This document shows, one piece after another, positions 45,023 to 55,700 of a stretch of DNA of 64,000 nucleotides. The position numbers were made by a program, and so were the translations under genes. Below the pieces are notes generated by a model that was not told the DNA's origin, did no database searches, and saw only the letters and a program-made list of their open reading frames with translations. The stretch comes from an uncultured virus (IMG/VR IMGVR_UViG_3300002030_000016). Lineage: Duplodnaviria > Heunggongvirae > Uroviricota > Caudoviricetes. Where the stretch lies: the IMG/VR virus record IMGVR_UViG_3300002030_000016. One strand, 5' to 3'. How positions within the stretch are numbered: position 1 is the first letter of the stretch; every line of letters starts with the position of its first letter.

Positions 45023-45853
45023 CTACGTTGATGCAGTTTCGCCACCCATCAGGATGTCCCAGACATCAGCAAGTTCCACGATGTCGTGCGATTTCTCGCC
45101 AGTCGGGAACGCCGAATTCAGAGTGACCAAGACCGCAACCGCGATTTCGAACCCTGATTTCGTCTGAACAGCACCCGGAACTGGGCGCTGAACGATCTGA
45201 GAACCGCAACCGCCGGACATCCCGCCAATCACGATGGCCTGCTGCATTCCCGGCAACTTGCCTACATCGTGCAGGACTTGCTTGATGATCCATGATGGAG
45301 CATCGCCCCCACGGAATTCTTCAGGCCGGTCCAGATAGGCTTCGCCCAGCCGGGTTTCATAGTGACCGTTGATCGTGACGCCACCCGGATAGCCGCGAAC
45401 CGCCATCTTCATCCCAACAGTGATGTTGGGTGGACGGTCTTTTGGCAGGATCACACCGAACAGCGCGACATCCAGACCGCCGGGGCGAAGGATGATTTCG
45501 TCGTCCGAATACTTCTTCGTGAATTCGGGCCACTTGGATCGATCCATCCCCGGCTTCCAGAACGCCCCACCGGGCCATTCTTCGACAACGTGGGCCGCTG
45601 TCATGTCGCCTTGCTCGCCATGCTTGGGGTTTTCATCACCCCATTTCCACCGCGTTCCAAACGATGTGCCGTGCCCCTGAACGTCGTTGACGATCACAGA
45701 CAGGCCAAACGTGGGCGTCTTCGGCTTTACCGGCTGATCTGATGGACCGGCGTTGTTGGTGACGTTGACGGGTGCCGCGCGGGCTTCCATCAAGTCAGCT
45801 TCTGCTTCAGCAAGTTCTGCACTCGCCTGAAGGAAGCGTTCCCGCAAACCCAT
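45023..45853 (-). CDS. trypsin-like serine protease with N-terminal coiled coil
   Basis: MTAAHVV (His), LDVALF (Asp), GYPGG, GGMSGG (Ser). Confidence 0.7.
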   Translation of the reverse strand: MGLRERFLQASAELAEAEADLMEARAAPVNVTNNAGPSDQPVKPKTPTFGLSVIVNDVQGHGTSFGTRWKWGDENPKHGEQGDMTAAHVVEEWPGGAFWKPGMDRSKWPEFTKKYSDDEIILRPGGLDVALFGVILPKDRPPNITVGMKMAVRGYPGGVTINGHYETRLGEAYLDRPEEFRGGDAPSWIIKQVLHDVGKLPGMQQAIVIGGMSGGCGSQIVQRPVPGAVQTKSGFEIAVAVLVTLNSAFPTGEKSHDIVELADVWDILMGGETAST

Positions 45854-46224
45854 CAGACGCACCCTGCATCAGCTTGGATGCCGCGAAGAACAGAAAGCTG
45901 GTCCGGCTGGTCAGCAATCCGGCGGGCATAGACATTGAAGTCAGCGCACGCCTTATCGATACCCCGGTCATAAACCGCACCAGAGACGGGGAGACGATCA
46001 GCGAGGGACTTGCAGCCTGCAATCAGGATGTCCGTGCCGATGACGGCTTCAACGGGGATGCCCCGCTTGGCAGCAGCGGACGCGGCAAGGGCAACACCTG
46101 CAGTGCAAAGGCTGCCTTTGATGGTCGTTGATGCTTCCTTCACCACCGGGTCATCAACAATGCCGGTGTCGCCACATGCAGCGAGGGTCAAGGATAGAGC
46201 AGTCGCGATAGCAATCATTTTCAT
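45853..46224 (-). CDS. lipoprotein (possible o-spanin-like lysis protein)
   Basis: RBS AAGGA; MKMIAIATALSLTLAAC lipobox. Confidence 0.65.
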   Translation of the reverse strand: MKMIAIATALSLTLAACGDTGIVDDPVVKEASTTIKGSLCTAGVALAASAAAKRGIPVEAVIGTDILIAGCKSLADRLPVSGAVYDRGIDKACADFNVYARRIADQPDQLSVLRGIQADAGCV

Positions 46225-46310
46225 GGTGTCTGGTTCCTTATTGGACAGGGACAGGCGCAACAGGCGCGTTCACGCACAGCGCCGGGTCAGCGCAGTGTGA
46301 TGGGTCATGG

Positions 46311-46637
46311 TCAGTTGTGATCTTCAGGCTGCTGCACGCTGCCATCATCACCATTGCCGCCACCGGCAACAAAGTCGTCATTCGCATTGGCTTCGTCTCC
46401 ATTCTGGGAATCGGCAAATTCCGGTTCCTGCTTCAGTGGCCCCAGCGGGTCAGCGGGGGCTTCGGACACACCTTCCGGTGCGTATTGCTTGGCATCATCG
46501 CCTTGCCATTCGATCCGTTTGAACCGTTCAAGTTCCCGATAATCGACGCCTTCGATCATGGGAACTTCGGTTCCAGCTTCCTCTTCAGGACCGTAGGGGG
46601 TGCCTTCGAAACGAAGCCGTTCTTTTGCGTGCCACAT
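46311..46637 (-). CDS. acidic hypothetical protein
   Basis: RBS AGGAG; follows the endolysin. Confidence 0.55.
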   Translation of the reverse strand: MWHAKERLRFEGTPYGPEEEAGTEVPMIEGVDYRELERFKRIEWQGDDAKQYAPEGVSEAPADPLGPLKQEPEFADSQNGDEANANDDFVAGGGNGDDGSVQQPEDHN

Positions 46638-46658
46638 GGCGTGGTTCTCCTAGTCTGG

Positions 46659-47519
46659 TTAAGCGGTTCGGGTTTTTAGGGCTTGCATGGTCTTGCGACC
46701 GGCGATGCCGTCCACAACCAGCCCAGCGTCGTATTGGAACCAGCGCAACGCCTGTTCCGTCAGTGCGCCCCACACGCCGTCCAGCGGGCCGGGGCGGTAT
46801 CCAGCGGACATCAGAAGGCTTTGGAGACGCCACACGTCGTCCCTTGTCCGTCTGATAGCCACGACAGGCGCGTCCGGCTCTTGCTTGGACATGGCCGCGA
46901 TGGACAGTTCAGCACGACGCAGCCGGTCAGGGTGCCCATTTGTGCCGCCGTTGATGCCCCGCGTGACATCTTCGACCCTGCCCTTCCGGGCCAACTGCAC
47001 CAAGGTCTGCCCCCGGCGCTTTCGGCTGGTCAGATACCAGTTAGCGATGCGCCATGCGTGTGTGGGCTTTCTCGCCAGATCAGGACGCCTGACATAGTTG
47101 AACCCGCAAGCATCACTTGCACGTTCGAAGTTGGCCAGCCCGGTCAGGTGGATATAACCGGACCCGCGATAGCGCCACCCATCACCCTTGCGCTTATTTC
47201 CAAGGCCGGGGTGACTGTCATACAGGTGCGAAGCCAGAGCCTTTGGGCCACGACCCAAGACCGATGCGGCATGGTCGATGTCATCGAATTTATGCGGGAA
47301 GACATCCATCAAGCGTGGCGCGCTATAGGCCATGCTTTCTTCGACCTTGTTGAATTCCCCGCTTTCGTGGGCAAGCTGACCGAACACGACACCGGCGGTG
47401 GTCACGCTGTCCAGAAATTCCATTTCACCTTGGACCTTGCGGAAGGCATCCAAGCATTCATCTGGGACTGAGTAGGCCGCGCCGCGAATCCCTTTGATGG
47501 CAGTTTCGATCTTGATCAT
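46659..47519 (-). CDS. endolysin, glycoside hydrolase family 19 with C-terminal peptidoglycan-binding domain
   Basis: FGQLAHESG..EE, LGN...GDGWRYRGSGYIHLTG..N, TRGINGGTNG..DR; LQ..L...GY.PGPLDGVWG..T...FQ...GLVVDGIAG. Confidence 0.93.
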   Translation of the reverse strand: MIKIETAIKGIRGAAYSVPDECLDAFRKVQGEMEFLDSVTTAGVVFGQLAHESGEFNKVEESMAYSAPRLMDVFPHKFDDIDHAASVLGRGPKALASHLYDSHPGLGNKRKGDGWRYRGSGYIHLTGLANFERASDACGFNYVRRPDLARKPTHAWRIANWYLTSRKRRGQTLVQLARKGRVEDVTRGINGGTNGHPDRLRRAELSIAAMSKQEPDAPVVAIRRTRDDVWRLQSLLMSAGYRPGPLDGVWGALTEQALRWFQYDAGLVVDGIAGRKTMQALKTRTA

Positions 47520-47716
47520 TTCAGTCCCCGATTCGCAGCTTCCATGAACACGTCGCTGATAGTTTCGCCGGGTTCAACCACGATGCCCCAGCAACCGTGA
47601 TGGTATGCGCTCTGCTGCATGATCTGCCCTGCTGAGTGCGCCGCTACTGCAATGGTCAAAATCGCTAGACCAGATGACAGCAGCCCCAGACGGGCGGTTT
47701 TTGTTTGAAGGGTCAT
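47516..47716 (-). CDS. small membrane protein in the lysis cassette
   Basis: One TM segment; ATGA coupling. Confidence 0.5.
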   Translation of the reverse strand: MTLQTKTARLGLLSSGLAILTIAVAAHSAGQIMQQSAYHHGCWGIVVEPGETISDVFMEAANRGLK

Positions 47717-48066
47717 TCTTCATCAGTCCCCATCTTGCGGTCCAGCCACTTTGTCAGGCGGCGACCTGTTTTGGGTGACGATAGCCACCTTGCGAATGCT
47801 TCAAGAATAAACCAGACACTGAAACCAGTCGCTGCACCAGCGGCAAGCCAGTCATCCCACCCATTCCCACTGAAGAACGGAACAATCCGCATCGTTGTGG
47901 GGGCAAAGATGACACCCGCGATTGTTCCAAGAACAATGCGGTAGATCGCTGATCGCGTTCCTTCTGGGGCAATCATGGCCATTGAAATCATCACGCCGGA
48001 AAGGCTGCCTAGTAACTTCGCAACCCAGTCCGACGCCAAAAGTTCCTTGAGTAGAGTATCTGGCAC
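47713..48066 (-). CDS. holin-like membrane protein (DUF6107-like)
   Basis: Three TM segments (WVAKLLGSLSGVMIS..P..) upstream of the endolysin. Confidence 0.65.
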   Translation of the reverse strand: MPDTLLKELLASDWVAKLLGSLSGVMISMAMIAPEGTRSAIYRIVLGTIAGVIFAPTTMRIVPFFSGNGWDDWLAAGAATGFSVWFILEAFARWLSSPKTGRRLTKWLDRKMGTDEE

Positions 48067-48074
48067 GGTTCCAC

Positions 48075-48521
48075 TTACGCCTTCTGTTGTCCGGTATCTT
48101 CGGACGACCCAAGGGCCGCACCCACAATCCGGGTTTCGATGATCCGACCCAAGGCACCACTGGCAGAAATCGCGCCGTGTTCGTCCTTGACCGTTAGACC
48201 CAACCGCCTTGCCGCTTCAGGCGCTCGCTGCATCACGTAGTTCGTGATCGATGCTGTCTCTTCGGAAACCCCGCCAATGGTCATTGGACCTTTTTTGGCC
48301 ACGACTTCGCGTGCTTTGGCTTCCACCGCATCCAAAAGAACGCGCCGGTCAATCTCCAAACCGACACGCTTCAGAAGCGCCCAGATGACGCCACTGATGA
48401 CACCGGCTGCAATCGGGACAACAATTTCAGAAATCAGCGGGGCGAAGTCGATGACGCCTCCATCAGCAGCATGGACCGGGCTACAAAAACAAATTGCAAA
48501 AAACGCAAAAAGATACTTCAT
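48075..48521 (-). CDS. membrane protein with signal peptide plus TM (holin- or spanin-like)
   Basis: MKYLFAFFAICFCSPVHA-ADG...IVVPIAAGVISGVIWALL; TGATG-coupled. Confidence 0.6.
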   Translation of the reverse strand: MKYLFAFFAICFCSPVHAADGGVIDFAPLISEIVVPIAAGVISGVIWALLKRVGLEIDRRVLLDAVEAKAREVVAKKGPMTIGGVSEETASITNYVMQRAPEAARRLGLTVKDEHGAISASGALGRIIETRIVGAALGSSEDTGQQKA

Positions 48522-49264
48522 CAGGTCGTTCCTTCCTCTGGTTCTGGACCCGCCATAAAGGCCAGAATTGGCTGGACGGCATCCATCATGTCTTCCTTCG
48601 CTTGCGAGACTACCCCGTCGATGTCCTCCACATTTTCGATAGCCGCCACAGTCACACTGGCAACCATCCGGTGCTTTTCGATCTGACCATTTACCGAAGA
48701 CCACATCTTGATCTGGCCTTCAATCGCTTTCACAACATTGGGTAGATCAGGTGCTGTGATACCAACCTCCGCTTCAAGGTGCGGATAATCGCCTTCTTCA
48801 TGGGTATCCGTCGCGCGGTATCTGGCCACTTCCAACTGCTTTTGAACGACGGTCAGTGCGTATCGAACACCCGGCTTCAAGATCATCATTGCCACACGAT
48901 CAGCATCATCGTTGATCCGAGACAGAGCGCGATTCCTGATGCGCTCAAGGTCTTCTTTGTCCGCGTCATCATACCCGATGACAGGAAGGGTCTCTGGCCA
49001 ATCCGGCGGGGATTGCATCAGGCCCAGAATCTGAGAAGAAACGCCCATTTCGTTGATCAGAACTTCACGACGGGACGCTTCCAAGGTCATCAAACATCGA
49101 ACCAAGATCGCGACCATTCGCCCCTGACTACGTGACTTCATTTCAGAAACGAACTTCACGGCCTCCACGAAAGCACGGGGCCATTCATGGGCTTCCGGGT
49201 TCTCCACCCGTGAATATTGGTCTTCAATTTGCGCGGTGATTGCTTCGATCAAATTACGTGCCAT
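48521..49264 (-). CDS. tail fibre-associated protein (assembly chaperone-like C-terminus)
   Basis: KQLEVARY...YPHLEAEVGIT..W...IEKHR motif; position after the fibre. Confidence 0.55.
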   Translation of the reverse strand: MARNLIEAITAQIEDQYSRVENPEAHEWPRAFVEAVKFVSEMKSRSQGRMVAILVRCLMTLEASRREVLINEMGVSSQILGLMQSPPDWPETLPVIGYDDADKEDLERIRNRALSRINDDADRVAMMILKPGVRYALTVVQKQLEVARYRATDTHEEGDYPHLEAEVGITAPDLPNVVKAIEGQIKMWSSVNGQIEKHRMVASVTVAAIENVEDIDGVVSQAKEDMMDAVQPILAFMAGPEPEEGTT

Positions 49265-49276
49265 GCGGTTTTTCCT

Positions 49277-49783
49277 CTACCGTGCGCCTTCCATCAACGC
49301 ATTGATTTGTTCAGGTGTTAGACCGGCTTCCCCCAATTCAACGATAAGCCCATCGTGGGACAAGCCGTTCAAAATTACAGTGACTTTCACAGTGTCCCGT
49401 TCCGTCTGCAGAGCCTTTCGGGCACCACGACGCATCTTTTCGATAATGGGTCCAACAGTCCTGAATGCTTCTGCGCGGGTCAGAACTGCGATGGCCGATT
49501 CCATCATGGTTCCACCATCCACCGCGACATCAGCCGCCATGAATGGGAAGTCGCCATACTCTTCAGGAAGCGGGTTCTGAGATACAAAGTCCGTAGCTTC
49601 ACGCAGTTTTTCCGCATAGGTCAGTTCGATACCAGCGCCGGGTGGGACAAGAATTTCGCGAAGCAGACCAGCACGAAGATCAATTTCGCGAAGCAGACCA
49701 GCAACATCTTCTTCGCCATATTTGGTCAGATACCTGAGTGTTACGCCATTGTGCTGACCAGCAAAAGTTGTCTCTCTCACCAT
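49277..49783 (-). CDS. tail fibre-associated protein (paralogous motif to the next gene)
   Basis: TYAEKLREA..FPFMAAD..IEKMR. Confidence 0.55.
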   Translation of the reverse strand: MVRETTFAGQHNGVTLRYLTKYGEEDVAGLLREIDLRAGLLREILVPPGAGIELTYAEKLREATDFVSQNPLPEEYGDFPFMAADVAVDGGTMMESAIAVLTRAEAFRTVGPIIEKMRRGARKALQTERDTVKVTVILNGLSHDGLIVELGEAGLTPEQINALMEGAR

Positions 49784-52704
49784 CACGTCACCTTGTAAAT
49801 TCGCCAGTCCACCGGGAATGTCCCACCCGACCCTGAGATTGACTGAACATTCTTCTGGTAGATGTCTAACCTGAGACGCAAAGTTTGGGGGGCACTCCAA
49901 CGTGTGGCAGGAATGATTGTAGCCCGGACCCCCCAGTAGTTATCGGGGTTCGTCGCGGGATTTACCGTCACGGTAATACCGTTGCCAAAACCAGCTTCCG
50001 CAACATACGTCTCTTCCAGACCTTGCCATGCAGTCAGATTTACCGCTGTTGTCTCAACGTAAACTGTCTTTTCGATTTCCCACGATCCACCAGTGCCCCC
50101 GGTATTCGTAACTAGAATAGTCCCACTATCGACTTCGAGTTGTCGCGAAAGAACGACCCCATAAAATGTCGCGGACCCATCCGGGCGAAGCTGAAAGCCT
50201 GTTTCGTTGGCCACGCTGTAGTTTGATGATTGCGTGTTCCCGCTGATCGTCAACGCGCCGGTGTTCGTCACGATGGCTGACAGAGTGTTCACGTCGATTT
50301 CGGTTGCAGTGACAGCACCGGCTGCAAGCTGTTGGGTTTCAATAGACCCAGCGACGATTCTTTTTCCGGTAATCAGTCCCGCGTCAACGTCACTGACCGA
50401 AGTGTTCGTCATGTAGGCATTTACAACGCTGGTTTGATCTAAAGAACCAAACCGCAATCGCGCCTGAACCGCTCTTTCTGGAATTCTTAGAGTTCTGGTC
50501 GCTCCTACAGGCGTAGCCTCAGCCGCTACGTGGAATCCGGCCATCGTTCCGTCAATATCGACGCGGCCATTCACTCCCGTCACATTGTAAAAATACGGGT
50601 TGCCGCTTCCGGCGTCCCAAGCATCCCCCGCCGCATTCAGAATGTCATGTTCGCTTGTGATGTTCACGCCATCACGGTCGTAGAACAAGACGCCGAAGTA
50701 CCGACGCCCATCAGCGTGCGCGCAGTAAATCGAAGCGTTCACCCGATATGATTTACTCGCATCAACGTCGAAATAATCAGAATAAACATTGGCGTTAGCG
50801 TTATCTGGTCGAATGCGAAGGGCATTCACTGTCCCAAGATTTCCGTAATCAATTTGAAGACTATGAACGTCGCCCGTCCAACTGATGTCCGCCGTTGCTT
50901 GAAGGCGTGCAGGGTTCTGCACTCTGGAAATTGCAGATGCGTGAAGCTGGCTTGCGAAGATCGATCCTGTCGCTACCAAGTCCATGTTGAAATATGCGCT
51001 ATCCCCATCAATCGAGAACATCGGCTTTTCGGTTCCAGTGGTTGATGCGAACAGCTTCAGCCGGTCAGCCATCATCACAATGTCATTGACCGTCGTTCCG
51101 TCTGGATTTGCTAGACTGAAGAAGTCAATGCCGGTCATGGCTCGCACGCCGCCGGTCACAGCCTGCGTGCGAATCGTGTAGTTCGATTCGGCTAGACCTT
51201 CGCTGGACACCCGCGCCGCCGTCTCGACAGCGACCGCCGCTGAAACCTCAGTATCGATTTCATCACCAACATTGAACGCTCGAATTTCTTCTTCGGACGA
51301 TTCCCGAACATCAAGAGAGTGGATGCGATAAATCTTATTGTATGCGTGATCCCCACCAACTGATGTCGAATGACGACCCCAGAAATAAATCGAAAAATTG
51401 GTTACACCAGCCGCAGACGTGGGCCTTTTAAGAACCTTCTCAATTCGGATGATCTGTTGATGTGGGGCTGGTTCGTATTCTTCCCCGATGTCGATACGGG
51501 CACTAACTGAGGGCGTTCCAATCCAAGTGGCTTGGATCGTTGCCCCGACAAAGTTATTAGACCGGCGTTCTACCTCGCATGTGACTGTCACATATTCAGG
51601 GTTGATCTGCCCAACCAAATTCCCAGACGAATTTGTTGCTATGATGTAGGGACGGTTCTCAGCGACCGTTCCCGTATGCAACTGGACCGCATGATTATAT
51701 TTGGCACCACCCGCCGAAGTGATCCGATTGATAGCACCATCAGCACCTGCAACTACGGGCCAGTGTGTCGGGTCGTCATCGCCTGATGGCCAATCAAGGA
51801 ATGTTGGATCAACAGACATCCCTTGCTTGTTCAGACGCGCGACGATTCCTGCTGTCTCTGTCGCTTCCGCTGATGCAGCTTCAGCGTCATCGCGTGCTGT
51901 CAGGGTGGTGTTTCGGTACGACAGGGCATTCGCTTCAGATGTTGCGGCCTGACCTGCGCTGGTCGATGCAGCCGTGGCAGAACTTCCAGCCGCTGTCGCT
52001 TCAGTGCTGGCAGTGTTCGCTGACGACAGTGCCGCTGCTGCGTGCGTATCGGCATCGTCACGGGCGCTTTCCGCTGATGTCTGTGCCGTTTGGGATGCTG
52101 ACGCTGATGTTGCTGCGTCAGTCTCAGAGATGGCCGCATTGCTCGCTGATGTTGCAGCCGCGTCCGCCTCGTTTTCGGCTCTTAGACTTTCGGTGATGTC
52201 CTCCAAACGAAGATCAGTCCAGCGGTGGTCCCTGTCCACTGTACTAGAAGGCACACGGACCCACGGTCGAATGGCGACACAATCTTCTTGAAGCGTCAGT
52301 GAGACATCGAAGGTTGACCATGCAGAGAGCGGACCAGAACCAATGTTCGGGGTGTGAGTGAACGTGGTTCCATCGGCTCGCGTTCCCTGAACACCAGCAA
52401 GGCCAGCAGTAGCAGTTCCCAAGATACGTGCGAACCCTGTGAACCGCAGAGTTCTACCGCCCCAGTCCCCCGGAATTCGGTCGTCATGGGTGCCCTGCAA
52501 GATATTGACTGAACTGATTGCCCGCATTGCCCGTAGCAGTGTCGGGTGTGCAATTTGCCCGACAGTGATTGGTGGCCCGGTCCAAATTCCAACGCCGTTG
52601 TCTTCAAATTCACCTTTGTAAATCAGGTTGCGACCAGCAAGCGCCCCTGCTGCCAAGGCTGCTGCTTCCGCGTCTTCTGCGCTGGAAACTGCAACGCCGG
52701 ATTC
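49783..52704 (-). CDS. C-terminal part of the central tail fibre (further CBM-like modules); probably the same gene as 52623-57035, split by a 1-nt frameshift
   Basis: Frame open from about 52710 (ESGVAVSSAEDAEAAALAAGALAGRNLIYKGEFED) and continues the repeat pattern of the upstream ORF. Confidence 0.75.
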   Translation of the reverse strand, partial: ESGVAVSSAEDAEAAALAAGALAGRNLIYKGEFEDNGVGIWTGPPITVGQIAHPTLLRAMRAISSVNILQGTHDDRIPGDWGGRTLRFTGFARILGTATAGLAGVQGTRADGTTFTHTPNIGSGPLSAWSTFDVSLTLQEDCVAIRPWVRVPSSTVDRDHRWTDLRLEDITESLRAENEADAAATSASNAAISETDAATSASASQTAQTSAESARDDADTHAAAALSSANTASTEATAAGSSATAASTSAGQAATSEANALSYRNTTLTARDDAEAASAEATETAGIVARLNKQGMSVDPTFLDWPSGDDDPTHWPVVAGADGAINRITSAGGAKYNHAVQLHTGTVAENRPYIIATNSSGNLVGQINPEYVTVTCEVERRSNNFVGATIQATWIGTPSVSARIDIGEEYEPAPHQQIIRIEKVLKRPTSAAGVTNFSIYFWGRHSTSVGGDHAYNKIYRIHSLDVRESSEEEIRAFNVGDEIDTEVSAAVAVETAARVSSEGLAESNYTIRTQAVTGGVRAMTGIDFFSLANPDGTTVNDIVMMADRLKLFASTTGTEKPMFSIDGDSAYFNMDLVATGSIFASQLHASAISRVQNPARLQATADISWTGDVHSLQIDYGNLGTVNALRIRPDNANANVYSDYFDVDASKSYRVNASIYCAHADGRRYFGVLFYDRDGVNITSEHDILNAAGDAWDAGSGNPYFYNVTGVNGRVDIDGTMAGFHVAAEATPVGATRTLRIPERAVQARLRFGSLDQTSVVNAYMTNTSVSDVDAGLITGKRIVAGSIETQQLAAGAVTATEIDVNTLSAIVTNTGALTISGNTQSSNYSVANETGFQLRPDGSATFYGVVLSRQLEVDSGTILVTNTGGTGGSWEIEKTVYVETTAVNLTAWQGLEETYVAEAGFGNGITVTVNPATNPDNYWGVRATIIPATRWSAPQTLRLRLDIYQKNVQSISGSGGTFPVDWRIYKVT

Positions 52705-55700
52705 GACTGGGCATCATCACGGGCCGTAACCGCTTCATTCCGATAGGTCAGGGCATTTGACGCTTCGGTTGCAGCAGCGTTCGCGTGTGTTTGGGACAGC
52801 GTTGCCGATGCAGCCGATGCGCTGGCTTCCGAAGAAGCGATAGTTGCGTCCGCCTGTGCAGCCGACGCTGAAAGACCAGACTGATAGCTTTGATCGATGT
52901 CTTCGATGCGAAGAAGGGCGAACCGGGCTTCAGTCCCAGAACCGCTACCACCAAGATCAACGCGCGCACGGATACCTTCCGCGTCAGATCGAACGGTGTC
53001 TTCAATGTCAAATTCAGTCCAAGTGTTCGCCGCCGCCAACGTATAGGACATATCGGTCGTGTTGCCGGTGCCGGACCTTTCGACGTTCAAGCCAAACCGT
53101 GCGGTATCCACTCCATTGCACCAAGCCCAACCACGCAGGCGAATCCGACGACCAGCCCACGGGCCGGGGATGAAGGTTCCTTCGTTAAGGACACCTGTGA
53201 CCTGCAAAACCTGTGTTTGCCCCGGCGCTCCGGTGTCGGCAACAACAGCCGCTGTCGCGGGCCAAGGCGTGATGTCCCCATCATTGAAGGTGCCCTTCCG
53301 CACAATGTTCTGGCTTGCCGCTGACACTGCAATGTTGGCCTGAACAGACGCATCAGCAGAATGCCCTTCAGCGTCGTCACGGGCTGTCAGCGCCGTGTCC
53401 CTGTAGCTTTCCGCGTTGCTTGCTGCTGTGGCAGCAGATGCAGCTTCGCTGGTCGCTGTGGATGCGCTCTGGGTGGCTGAAGTGGCTGACGCGGCTGCGC
53501 TGGTCTGGGATGACGCAGCAGCCGTCGCGCTGGCACCTGATGCGGTTTCCGCTGCTTCAGCGGCAATCCTGCTATTCTCTGATGCCGTCGCGCTGGCAGA
53601 CGAATCGTCAGCGAAGCCAGATGCCGATGTGGCGCTGGCAGCGGCTGACAGCGCAGACGTGTCCGCCTGATCACGCGATGCTTCAGCGTCAATCCGATGA
53701 GTATCAGCAACGCTGGCGCTGTTCGATGCGTCTGTTGCCGACGCCCCAGCGTTCGTTGCCGATGTCTGGGATGCTGTTGAGAATCCTTCCGATGCGTCCC
53801 GTGCCGCTTCGGCTTGGACCTGTGCTGATGTCGCAGACGATGCCGCTGTCTCCGCTTCCGTTTCGCTGGTCAGCGCCAACGCAGCCGATGATGCAGATGC
53901 CACCGCATGGTTTTGGGCCGCAATTTCGGATGTCACTTCCGACATCCGAAGATGGGTGTAATCGACCCATTCACCGGCATTGGTGTTCAGTGCCCGAATT
54001 CTGGGTCTTGCCGCTACAGCATTTGCGGGGATGGTGACTTCAAAGCTGAATGGGGTCCAGCTTTGTGCTGACGGTAGAACCTGCCAAGCGTTTCCAAATG
54101 TCCCGTCCTGCCTCTCATAATTGAAACCAATCTGTCCTTGGACAGCCGCATTGGTCGCATCAGTCCGATAATCGCCACTAATTCGAATGGTCTGCCCTGC
54201 AAGGTGATAGGCATAACTGTTCGCCTCAAGTGCCGATGCGTTCCCATCCGTGTCATTGTCGGTTAGCCTGATCGCCTCTGCTGATCTAGCTGATGAAATT
54301 CCGGTGATCTGCTCAACAGAATCCCCACCTGCAGCAGTCCACCCGGAAGTGCCATCAGAGAAATTCCAGTTCGTGATCAGATTTCCGGCGGCACGCGCTT
54401 CAGACGCTTCCGCACTAGAAGCCGCGACTGCTTCAGACGATGCAGCCGCCGTGGCGCTGGCAGCCGCTGCCACGCTTAACGCATCGGCGCTGGCCTCCGC
54501 AGTTTCAGCCGCCGTCTGCGCCGCTGATGCTTGATTGCTGGCACTTTCAGCCGCCGTCTGGGCCTGTTCGGATAGCCCTTGCGCCGTCTCTGAATTAGCC
54601 TGTGCTGTTGCCGCTGCAGTTGCTGCAGCTTCAGCCGCGTTCTTGTCGGCAAGCGCGGACTGTGCCGCATCAGTGATCGAACCGGCAACTTCTGTGGACA
54701 GGCTGGCAGGTGACACTGCACCATTTGCAAGATGCGATGCTTGGATACTGTTGGCTGATACTTCCGCGTTATCAAGAACGCCAGAAATCTCCGGTGCGCT
54801 GACCGGCGTGGTGGTTCCTGAAACAGATGGGTCCGTTCGGGCGCTTTCGTTGCCGCTGTCATCCAGCGCACGCAGCCAATAGTGGTAGGTGGAATTGAAC
54901 CCAAGCGCGCTGTCTACATAGCTGCTGTTTTTCCCCGGCTCGCCACGGACTTGAAGGATTTCGGTGGCGTTCGAAAAGTTTCCACTTGGGCCACGATAAA
55001 TCGCAACCCGGTCAAAATCTTCGTTGTTGGGGTTCGTCCATGTCAGCGTGTTCTGACGGTAGCCGGGGGTGACGGTCAGCGCCGTTGGTGGGTCTGGGAT
55101 GGTTCCATCGCCAGATGCCACAACATCGCTGGCCAAAACCCAAGGCGAATCCTTCCCATTGACCGTGACCGCGCGCACTCGGACGAAGTACGCTTCACCT
55201 TCTCCGACCGGGGAAATCTCATAGAACCCAGTGCTGGAAAATGCGTTCTGGGTCGTGACGAATGCGTCTTTAGACCACTGGATTTCAGTGTTGTCCGTCT
55301 CTGGCGATGCCGTCCAGTTGACAGCAATGATGGACAGCGATGTCCGGTCTTTTTGCAGGACGTGGGCATAGTTAGCACTGACAGCCGTTGGGGGCGCGAT
55401 GTTGAACGGTGAAGGCAGCCATGATGGCGGACCTGTCACGTATGGGTTTTCAAGCGATGTGGTCCAGTCCCAGATCGCAGGGCCGGTTTCCTTGCCCACG
55501 ATGTTGATGCCGATTTCGCCATTATCAGCAATGCTGAAATTCCAACTGACAACTTCGAATTGCTTGTTGGTCCAGCCGTACTTTTCATGACTGAATGCGA
55601 TGGTGTCACCAACCACCACATCCATCGCGTCCAGCGTCATTGGCAGCGCGACCGTCATCATCTGGCGAGACTGCAATAGCGCAAGATGGGCAATGCGCTG

